NCBI GenBank assembly: GCA_019662115.1
Contig: JAIFVW010000005.1
Location: 1 to 49,752, forward strand
DNA: 49,752 bases
Origin: Candidatus Pacearchaeota archaeon
GTDB lineage: Archaea > Nanobdellota > Nanobdellia > Pacearchaeales > GW2011-AR1
Direction: 5' to 3'
The notes under the pieces are model-generated. The model did not search any database. It was not told the origin of the DNA and saw only the letters and a list, made by a program, of their open reading frames with translations. Shown here piece by piece: positions 43,717-49,752 of the stretch. Both the position numbers and the translations under genes were made by a program. Each line of letters begins with the position of its first letter. Positions within the stretch are counted from its first letter, which is position 1.

Positions 43717-45564
43717 CTAGCTGTTTCGCCCAATCCATATATTAAGCGTGCTTGCGGGACATCCATGTGCATACGCGTAGGTACTTGTGCTCTGAAGCGC
43801 ATCAAGAATCTGCACACATGAACATCCTTTTGTTCTTGTCATGGTGTAAGTGGAATTTTCTATAATATTTCCAGCAGAGTTTTTTGTTTCAAATGGCAAA
43901 TCAGTATCCATATTGCCGAATCTATCAATTACCAAAGAGAAATTCTCAGGAAGTCTAGTGTTTGGACAAATATCGTTACTATTAATTATTCCATCTCTAT
44001 CCGTATCAGTCGATGAACTATTAGTAGATGTGTTGTTGGTATTAGTTGTGTTAGTGGTATTGACTGGAGGAGGCGTAGTAATAATAGAACCAGTATTCCA
44101 GCCTGAGCCTGCAGTTAACCTTGCAGTGTTTCCATTCCCTGAACTGTCTTTTGTTGTGCTTCCAGTGCCTTCATCAATTACCCACTCTCCCTGAATATCT
44201 GTATCTCTTCCAAATATATTTCTGAATATTGTCATGTCAGTATAGTTTGATATGCTTATTCTCTTAAGGCCTTGATAGGCAATAGGATTGTCAGACTTGA
44301 ATGTATATTTAGGAGTCTCAGGATTACTTCCATAAGTCCAGCATAGAGTGTAATAATCTCCGCATATCTTGGTGTATGTTGAGTTTGATCTATGGAATGG
44401 GAAAACAAAAGATGTTGGTGTTTTCCCAAGATGCTGCGTTATATTCTGCTTTGAGGCAATCAATTGTTTTCTAAAATCAGACTCACTGAATGTAAGCATG
44501 TCAGTATGGCTCATTCCATGTGATGTCATTTCCCATCCACTATCCTGCAGTTGCTTTAACTCTGGCCAATGCATGTAGGATGGTCCCCCTTGCACACCAT
44601 TGGCATAATTACTTACAACTGCTTCAGTTCCTTTGAATCCATACTGCTGCATAATAGGATAGGCATTATCATAGACGCTTCTCCATCCATCATCAAAGTA
44701 AATGATCACTGGCTTTGAAGGCATTGTAAATTGGCCCTTTCTCCAGTTCAGATAATCATTAGGGGTGATAGAAGTAAATCCTTGTTGTTTCAGGTAATCC
44801 ATATGCTGCTTGAATTGTGCAGGTGTTATTATGTCTGCGCTTGTTGCCGGAGACTTGATCTGATGATATAAAATTACAGGAATCGCCTGACCAAGCTTCT
44901 GTCCATGCTCAGACTCCTGATAAAGTCTTGCAACTTGCGATGCAGCAAGGTCCCTGTCATAGATTTTTGCATCATCAACACTTCCATTAAAGAATACATT
45001 GTTTCCTCCTCCGATGCTTAAAGGCGATGAAGCGTCATAGATAGATCTGATAGAGGTCGTGTCTGTATCACAAAGCAAGCCATTTCTGTAATACTTTATT
45101 GAGCTTCCATCGTAAGTTATAGTAATCATAGTCCACTGCCCATTGCTTCTTATTCCGCATGATCTAGTTGTATCTGAGCTGTATGTTGATGTACCGGCTC
45201 CATCCGTAGAAATAAGCAGTGAAACACCATTAGTGTTTACGGTTCTGATAAGGTATGCCCTTTTTCCACTAGAAGGTGAATACTGTCCGAACAATCCAGC
45301 ATTTGACTTATAGGTATCTTGCTTAACCCATATATTCCATGTAGCTTTTGAAAATCCAGAAACAGAGCTGCTTCTGCTTATATTTAACTGTCCTGACCTA
45401 CCATCAAGTTTCACCCATATATTTCCAGAGCTCAATACATATTTCAAATCAGAATAGATCTGCTGTGCAGGCGAAGAAGAAATAGAATATGAGGGTGCCA
45501 AGGCAAACGCTATCGCTACAAGAAGAAACACACTAACAGCAAATGATATGAGACTAAAACGCAT
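43717..45564 (-). CDS. Secreted LamG/concanavalin-like lectin + polysaccharide deacetylase (NodB/CE4) + TSP3-like Ca-binding/Cys-rich tail protein
   Basis: 615 aa with a signal peptide (MRFSLISFAVSVFLLVAIAFALA). The LamG pattern is WNIWVKQD...ITYDGSSIKYYRNGLL...FFNGSVDDAKIYDRDL. The CE4 pattern is VILYHQI...IIYFDDGWRSVYDNAYPIM...SHGMSH. A Thr/Asn linker (VNTTNTTNTNNTSTNSSST), DTDRDGIINSNDICPN and a 4-Cys tail follow. Confidence 0.65.
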   Translation of the reverse strand: MRFSLISFAVSVFLLVAIAFALAPSYSISSSPAQQIYSDLKYVLSSGNIWVKLDGRSGQLNISRSSSVSGFSKATWNIWVKQDTYKSNAGLFGQYSPSSGKRAYLIRTVNTNGVSLLISTDGAGTSTYSSDTTRSCGIRSNGQWTMITITYDGSSIKYYRNGLLCDTDTTSIRSIYDASSPLSIGGGNNVFFNGSVDDAKIYDRDLAASQVARLYQESEHGQKLGQAIPVILYHQIKSPATSADIITPAQFKQHMDYLKQQGFTSITPNDYLNWRKGQFTMPSKPVIIYFDDGWRSVYDNAYPIMQQYGFKGTEAVVSNYANGVQGGPSYMHWPELKQLQDSGWEMTSHGMSHTDMLTFSESDFRKQLIASKQNITQHLGKTPTSFVFPFHRSNSTYTKICGDYYTLCWTYGSNPETPKYTFKSDNPIAYQGLKRISISNYTDMTIFRNIFGRDTDIQGEWVIDEGTGSTTKDSSGNGNTARLTAGSGWNTGSIITTPPPVNTTNTTNTNNTSTNSSSTDTDRDGIINSNDICPNTRLPENFSLVIDRFGNMDTDLPFETKNSAGNIIENSTYTMTRTKGCSCVQILDALQSTSTYAYAHGCPASTLNIWIGRNS

Positions 45565-45650
45565 AATAGATAAAACCGTTACTAATGAGAAGCTAGCGGC
45601 ATGATATAATAAAGCCCAAGTTGTATATATATTTTTCTCCTCGTGGATAG

Positions 45651-45659
45651 CTTTAAAAA
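45651..45659 (+). promoter_or_regulatory. TATA box (CTTTAAAAA) for tRNA-Leu
   Basis: Centred about 28 nt upstream of the tRNA 5' end (45683), with the same box and spacing as the other tRNAs. Confidence 0.5.
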
Positions 45660-45682
45660 ACCTTTTCTCTCTATCTTTTTAT

Positions 45683-45766
45683 GCGGGGATGCCGGAGCGG
45701 TCAAACGGGCTGCGTTAAGGCCGCAGTAGCTTAGTGCTTGCGTAGGTTCGATTCCTACTCCCCGCA
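45683..45766 (+). tRNA. tRNA-Leu (type II; anticodon reads AAG in my fold)
   Basis: Hand-folded 84-nt tRNA: GCGGGGA TG CCGG AGCGGTCAA ACGG G CTGCG TTAAGGC CGCAG (15-nt variable arm) GTAGG TTCGATT CCTAC TCCCCGC A. The anticodon stem is perfect and the loop TTAAGGC gives A34-A35-G36. Confidence 0.75.
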
Positions 45767-45805
45767 CTTCTAAAAATATAAATAGTGGGTAAATTCGGTA
45801 TTTTC

Positions 45806-46432
45806 ATGCAGACGTTAGATGTAAACGAATCTCTTGAGAAGAGTGTGGAAGAGAATGTTCGTCAGTCAATCAAGTTTCTTGCTCCTCATTTGGGATTTTC
45901 CGCGAGAGAAGCAAAATCCATGGCCAATAAAACAGGATTAAGAGTTGTATTTGATAGAAGTATACCTTCAAACTCTCAGGAACTTCCCATAGGGCCAGAA
46001 TATATGCCTCATTGGGCTCCACCAGCGTTTTTGTTTCCTTATGAACCTGAAAAAGATAGAGATGAATTTACTATAGGACATGAAGTAACTCATTGGTATC
46101 ATTATATGATGAATCCTGATGCTGGAGAATTCTATAGAAATGGAATAGCGGGGAACTCTCCAAAACTTGTATTTGCCGAAGGATTGGCTAATTATGGAGG
46201 AGTTATATGGCACTTAAAGAGAGATCCCAGAGAGAATAATAAGGTTGTTTTACCAAACCATTCTTTGAAAGATCTTATGAAATTTAGCGCCGAAGATGTT
46301 AGAAGATTTTCTTCCCCACATTTACTTGAAGTTTTATTTGCGGAAGCGGTGGCTCCTTACATACCTGATGTTGAACACCGTGACAAATTTATAGAGAATG
46401 TTAAATACTATATGCGTTGTATAAAATATTAA
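45806..46432 (+). CDS. Putative zinc metallopeptidase (HExxH ... E, gluzincin-like)
   Basis: I prefer the ATG at 45806 to the track's GTG at 45785. It contains TIGHEVTHWYH and, about 35 aa later, FAEGLANYGG, a candidate third-ligand Glu. No signal peptide. Confidence 0.4.
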   Translation: MQTLDVNESLEKSVEENVRQSIKFLAPHLGFSAREAKSMANKTGLRVVFDRSIPSNSQELPIGPEYMPHWAPPAFLFPYEPEKDRDEFTIGHEVTHWYHYMMNPDAGEFYRNGIAGNSPKLVFAEGLANYGGVIWHLKRDPRENNKVVLPNHSLKDLMKFSAEDVRRFSSPHLLEVLFAEAVAPYIPDVEHRDKFIENVKYYMRCIKY

Positions 46433-46433
46433 T

Positions 46434-46652
46434 CTATTTTCTTTCTAACTTTTCCAACCGTACTTCTAGTTCCTTGACTTTAAGCTGAAGATCTTTCTGT
46501 GTTCCTGCATAATCCTTGTCCATAGAAGATACGAAATCAGCAAGATAAGCGTTGAACAAAGTACTAAGCTTGCCACCAAATAAATTCAATTTTGTCTTAG
46601 CCTTGTCTAGATTTGATTTATCTACTGTAATATTTACTCTAATTTTCTTCAT
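46434..46652 (-). CDS. Small ribbon-helix-helix-like / coiled-coil protein
   Basis: 72 aa. The N-terminal KKIRVNITVDKSNLDKAK looks like an RHH beta-strand plus helix. The C-terminal LQLKVKELEVRLEKLERK is coiled coil. Confidence 0.3.
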   Translation of the reverse strand: MKKIRVNITVDKSNLDKAKTKLNLFGGKLSTLFNAYLADFVSSMDKDYAGTQKDLQLKVKELEVRLEKLERK

Positions 46653-46698
46653 ACGTATAAGTATGTATAAGGGTATAAAAAGCTTTTTCCTGCGGTAG

Positions 46699-46707
46699 GT
46701 TTAAATA
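46699..46707 (+). promoter_or_regulatory. TATA box (GTTTAAATA) for the L18e-L13-S9 operon
   Basis: Lies about 26 nt upstream of the L18e ATG (46729), implying a leaderless transcript. Confidence 0.5.
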
Positions 46708-46728
46708 CCGTTATTATGAACTCTAAAT

Positions 46729-47097
46729 ATGATAAGTAGAACGATGATAAAAGCTAGGATGCACAGAAAGACAAATCCATCTCTAGCAGAGACTATACTA
46801 ATGGCTCACAAGAATAAAGGATGGAATGAAGTCGCAAAGCTCATCTCAACTTCAACAAGGAATCATTCTTCAGTAAACCTTTCAGATATAGACAAGAATA
46901 CAAAGGAAGGAGACACTGTAATAATCCCTGGAAAAGTCCTTGGATCTGGAAATCTCACTAAAAAAGTGCGAATATGCTCTCTAGCAATATCTGAATCAGC
47001 CAAGGAAAAGCTAAAGGAGACAAAATCAGAGTATGTCTCAATTGCCGAGGAAATAAAAATAAACTCAAAAGCCCAGGGGATAAAGATAATAAGATGA
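46729..47097 (+). CDS. rpl18e: 50S ribosomal protein L18e
   Basis: 122 aa. It reads ...NLSDIDKNTKEGDTVIIPGKVLGSGNLTKKVRICSLAISESAKEKL.... Its position immediately upstream of L13-S9 is the conserved archaeal order. Confidence 0.8.
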   Translation: MISRTMIKARMHRKTNPSLAETILMAHKNKGWNEVAKLISTSTRNHSSVNLSDIDKNTKEGDTVIIPGKVLGSGNLTKKVRICSLAISESAKEKLKETKSEYVSIAEEIKINSKAQGIKIIR

Positions 47098-47495
47098 ACC
47101 AAATAATAATCGACGCTACAAATGCAACTCTTGGAAGATTGGCAAGCTATGCAGCAAAGCAGGCACTGCTTGGAAAGTCAGTGATTATAGTGAACTGCAA
47201 CGAAATACTTATTACAGGAAATAGAGATTCAATTGTGAAAGAGTATAAGGAAGCTAGAGGAAGAGGCGGATCAAGTCTTAGAGGACCTCACTTTCCAAAG
47301 AGCGCTGAAAGAATATTAAAGAGAATAGTTAGAGGAATGCTTCCATACACTCAAGGAAGGGGAGAGGCTGCATTGCACAGAGTAATATGTCATAATAATA
47401 CACCTGCAGAATATGAGTCAGCTAAAAAGATTCATGCAGGAAAAGAAAAGCCAGTTAAGACAATGAAACTAGGAGAGCTAAGTAAATTACTATGA
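47094..47495 (+). CDS. rpl13: 50S ribosomal protein L13 (uL13)
   Basis: 133 aa. IIDATNATLGRLASYAAKQALLGKSVIIVNCNEILITG...RIVRGMLP. Confidence 0.9.
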   Translation: MNQIIIDATNATLGRLASYAAKQALLGKSVIIVNCNEILITGNRDSIVKEYKEARGRGGSSLRGPHFPKSAERILKRIVRGMLPYTQGRGEAALHRVICHNNTPAEYESAKKIHAGKEKPVKTMKLGELSKLL

Positions 47496-47899
47496 TTCAC
47501 AAGCAATTCATAATCGCCGGAAAGAGAAAGACTGCAGTAGCAAAAGTAAAGGTTATTCCAGGCACAGGAAAGATATTCTACAATAGGCTTCCATCAACAG
47601 AGCTAAGCTTGTTCCATAGGCTTGCTCTTGTAGAACCATTGAGAATCTATGAAAGAGAACTTGGAGAGCTTAAGCATGATCTTCACATCAGCACTTTAGG
47701 CGGAGGAAAAGAATCTCAAATTGAGGCAGCAAGAGTAGGAATTGCAAGAGCCTTGATTGCAATCACTTCCTCGGATACACTTAAGAAATCATTCATGAAA
47801 TATGACCGTAACATGGTTGTCCAGGATTCAAGAAGAAAGGAAGCCAGAAAGCCAGGGGACTCTAAAGCTAGAGCCAAGAGACAGAAGTCTTACCGTTAA
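47492..47899 (+). CDS. rps9: 30S ribosomal protein S9 (uS9)
   Basis: 135 aa. GKRKTAVAKVKVIPGTGKIFYN...GGGKESQIEAARVGIARAL...DSRRKEARKPG...ARAKRQKSYR. Confidence 0.9.
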   Translation: MIHKQFIIAGKRKTAVAKVKVIPGTGKIFYNRLPSTELSLFHRLALVEPLRIYERELGELKHDLHISTLGGGKESQIEAARVGIARALIAITSSDTLKKSFMKYDRNMVVQDSRRKEARKPGDSKARAKRQKSYR

Positions 47900-47943
47900 T
47901 ATAGCATACAAATTCTTTTTAACCCTAATAAGATGCAGTTTCT

Positions 47944-49023
47944 ATGGGTTATCCCTATAGTGCGTTCATTCCTGCAGCAATTCTCCTAGATAATCCAGGA
48001 ATAACAAAAGAAAAATTTGCTAAGCTACTTTTTCAAACAAATTCTACAGAAAACGGAGTAAGTAAGTATACACGCTGGGATCTTTCGAATATGAGAGAAC
48101 GCAAAAGTGAATACAATGATTATCATAGGGGAATACAAAGTGTTGCGTATTTTTTTGGAATTCTTAAAAGTGAGAACTTTGGAGAGCAATATCATAGTAA
48201 ATTAAGAAAAGACAGAAACGGACTAGAATATGGTGGACAGAGGCTGGAAGTATATAGCGAAAGACTAAAAGGTAAATGGAAAAATTCATTTGTAGTTGTT
48301 ACACAAAAGCCAAGTGTAACTTCCAGGAAATTATGCGAAGATATATTCCAAACCAATGAAGATCATCTAGAAGAAACCGAAGTTGGAAGTATTTTCAAGG
48401 AGGGAGAAGTTGTTGATAGAGATTTTTTTGACCATTCTATAGGTGCAGATTACATTAGGGTTGAAGAATATCTTGGAGGATACAGGGATTCTGAAACTCC
48501 TTGGAGAAAGAATCATTTAATGAGAGTCCGTAAAATAAATCTTGCATTTGAAAAAGAAAAATTTTCCAATCTGGAGGATGTCATTGAAAAGCATAATCAT
48601 TTTGATCCTAATTTTATGTATGACTTTTCTCCTTCAGAAGGAAATTTAGAAGGAGGGATGTTAATAAGATCAGCATTTAGATGGAAAAAGATCGATGATA
48701 AGTACTATTTAGATGAAGATTATTCTTTTGGCCATTTGCCTTCAGGTATTCTTGATGGAGGAGGATACTTCGGATACACAGACCTAATTGTTACAGCTGA
48801 GGCAATTAAGAACAAGGCGTGGAAGATTTTAAGCTATAAGGGCCTTAATCATGCTAGCTCGTGCTTTAAGCGATTTCCTAAAGTGAGAAAAAGATACGAG
48901 CAGGCAGTATGGGACTCTCACACTTCCTTAGCAGCAAAAAAGAAGAAAATGACTAATAATCAGTTGCTAAGATGGAGACTGACTGGTTTGAGAGACTCTA
49001 CATCAATCCATCAAGAGGATTAA
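47944..49023 (+). CDS. Hypothetical protein (orphan) following S9
   Basis: 359-aa ORF, soluble, with no recognisable motif. A CTTTTTAAC box lies about 25 nt upstream. It overlaps the convergent recombinase gene by 26 nt. Confidence 0.4.
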   Translation: MGYPYSAFIPAAILLDNPGITKEKFAKLLFQTNSTENGVSKYTRWDLSNMRERKSEYNDYHRGIQSVAYFFGILKSENFGEQYHSKLRKDRNGLEYGGQRLEVYSERLKGKWKNSFVVVTQKPSVTSRKLCEDIFQTNEDHLEETEVGSIFKEGEVVDRDFFDHSIGADYIRVEEYLGGYRDSETPWRKNHLMRVRKINLAFEKEKFSNLEDVIEKHNHFDPNFMYDFSPSEGNLEGGMLIRSAFRWKKIDDKYYLDEDYSFGHLPSGILDGGGYFGYTDLIVTAEAIKNKAWKILSYKGLNHASSCFKRFPKVRKRYEQAVWDSHTSLAAKKKKMTNNQLLRWRLTGLRDSTSIHQED

Positions 49024-49752
49024 TAACTTTTCTTATCTGCTCGCTTGAAACATGAGTGTATACTTGTGTTGTGTTTAATGAAGCATGACCAAGCATAGCC
49101 TGAATAATTCTAATATCTGTTCCCTGTTCAAGCAAATGGGTGGCAAAACTATGCCTTAGAGTGTGTGGAGTGACTTTCTTTACGAGGCCAGCCTTTTTCT
49201 TTGTCAGAGAAATGATTTTTTGTACATTTCTCGTCGTCAAAGGCTTGTCTTTGGAGAACAGGTAATTATATCCGACACCCTTATGCTGAAGGTAATCAGT
49301 TAAATCCTGTGCAAGGCCTTCTGAAATCATGAATATTCTATCTTTGGATCCTTTTCCTTTTCTTACCCATCCTGTCTTGTCACCAAGACTTATGTCCTGG
49401 ACTTTCAGATTAACAAGTTCAGATACTCGAAGCCCTGCAGAATAAAGCATTGAAATCATAAACCTCGACTTTATTGTTTCTGCAGATTCTATTAATTTCT
49501 TTACCTCTTCCTTCGTAAGTACTTCAGGAAGTTTCCTGTCTTTTTTTGGCATCTTTACTTTTGCAAATTCTTTTCCTAATATCTCTCCGTAAAAGAATTT
49601 TAATGAAGCAGCCGCAAGCATAATTGTATTTTTGGATTTTGTGTCAAACATATCCGACAAATATGCCTTAACATCATCCTCATTTAATTCTTGCATTGGT
49701 TTGCTTATTCTCTGCAGAAATTTTTCAACGAAAAAAGAATAGTTCCTAACTG
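48998..49752 (-). CDS. Tyrosine recombinase (XerA/XerC/XerD-like), N-terminus runs off the window
   Basis: The catalytic domain carries ...LYSAGLRVSELVNL..., HTLRHSFATHLLEQGTDIRIIQAMLGHASLNTTQVYTHV. The reading frame stays open upstream of the track's Met (49696) to the window edge (...RNYSFFVEKFLQRISKPMQEL...), so the true start is outside the window. Confidence 0.85.
   Translation of the reverse strand, partial: VRNYSFFVEKFLQRISKPMQELNEDDVKAYLSDMFDTKSKNTIMLAAASLKFFYGEILGKEFAKVKMPKKDRKLPEVLTKEEVKKLIESAETIKSRFMISMLYSAGLRVSELVNLKVQDISLGDKTGWVRKGKGSKDRIFMISEGLAQDLTDYLQHKGVGYNYLFSKDKPLTTRNVQKIISLTKKKAGLVKKVTPHTLRHSFATHLLEQGTDIRIIQAMLGHASLNTTQVYTHVSSEQIRKVINPLDGLM

Noticed and set aside
44020-44075. 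Short imperfect tandem repeats (GTGTTGTTGGTATTAGTTGTGTTAGTGGTATTG)
   Set aside because: This is the coding sequence (minus strand) of the Thr/Asn-rich linker NTTNTTNTNNT of the LamG/deacetylase protein, not a non-coding repeat or CRISPR-like array.
45582-45767. 61-aa minus-strand ORF
   Set aside because: It overlaps the tRNA-Leu gene and its promoter almost completely. Its translation is simply the reverse complement of the tRNA.
46691-46711. Possible att-like partial repeat of the tRNA-Leu 3' region (CCTGCGGTAGGTTTAAATACC vs CTTGCGTAGGTTCGATTCC at ~45737-45755) at the far edge of the inserted segment
   Set aside because: Only about 11 contiguous matching nt, and those need an indel. It overlaps the L18e TATA box, which explains part of the similarity. 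It is too weak to call without a statistical repeat search.
48998-49752. Tyrosine recombinase taken as proof of an integrated mobile element
   Set aside because: Archaea carry a housekeeping XerA with the same motifs, and no flanking direct repeats or element genes are visible inside the window. It is kept only as a hypothesis in the findings.
1-49752. Scan for CRISPR arrays, IS elements, long inverted or direct repeats, SRP RNA or RNase P RNA
   Set aside because: No regularly spaced repeats, transposase ORFs or intergenic gaps long enough (>260 nt) for a large structured RNA were seen by eye. The only notable DNA repeats are the promoter duplicate and the permease paralog patches reported above.

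Overview
Visibly AT-rich archaeal chromosome segment. The archaeal assignment rests on L21e, L18e, RpoN, RpoF, RpoD, the RNase P protein Rpp21, tRNAs without encoded CCA, and BRE/TATA boxes about 25-28 nt upstream of starts. Compact, overlapping genes suggest a small-genome (DPANN-like) archaeon; that is inference.

Layout:
(1) 1-20.75 kb: a large surface-glycan island. It holds GT4 and GT2 transferases, two GT-C-like membrane proteins, a Wzx flippase, C- and O-methyltransferases and NDP-sugar reductases/epimerases. It also holds an unusual sub-cluster: bacterial-type AraD, a GDPD-like phosphodiesterase, a 2H phosphoesterase, a nucleotidyltransferase, and an 833-aa four-domain fusion (GtrA + ribulose-phosphate 3-epimerase-like + Pol-beta NTase + histidine phosphatase).
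(2) 20.8-27.7 kb: housekeeping genes. These are secF-secD, tRNA-Gly, tRNA-Arg, tRNA-Leu, a short UDP-sugar dehydrogenase-like gene, a stand-alone 5S rRNA, Rpp21 and rpoN.
(3) 27.7-32.1 kb: a MacB-type ABC exporter with tandem paralogous permeases and a surface protein.
(4) 32.2-37.7 kb: a glmS gene broken by an internal out-of-frame deletion, bacterial-type groES-groEL, and an ABC-2 exporter.
(5) 37.7-39.4 kb: small orphan genes.
(6) 39.5-47.9 kb: the r-protein/RNAP cluster L21e-RpoF-DUF655-S13-S4-S11-RpoD // L18e-L13-S9. About 3.9 kb of accessory DNA around a tRNA-Leu interrupts it.
(7) 47.9-49.75 kb: an orphan gene and a partial Xer-type tyrosine recombinase.

The best candidate for an undescribed system is the pentose-phosphate / phosphoester module centred on the four-domain fusion at 10042-12543 and its operon partners (6427-12543). 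All calls come from reading the translations and sequence by eye; no searches were run.
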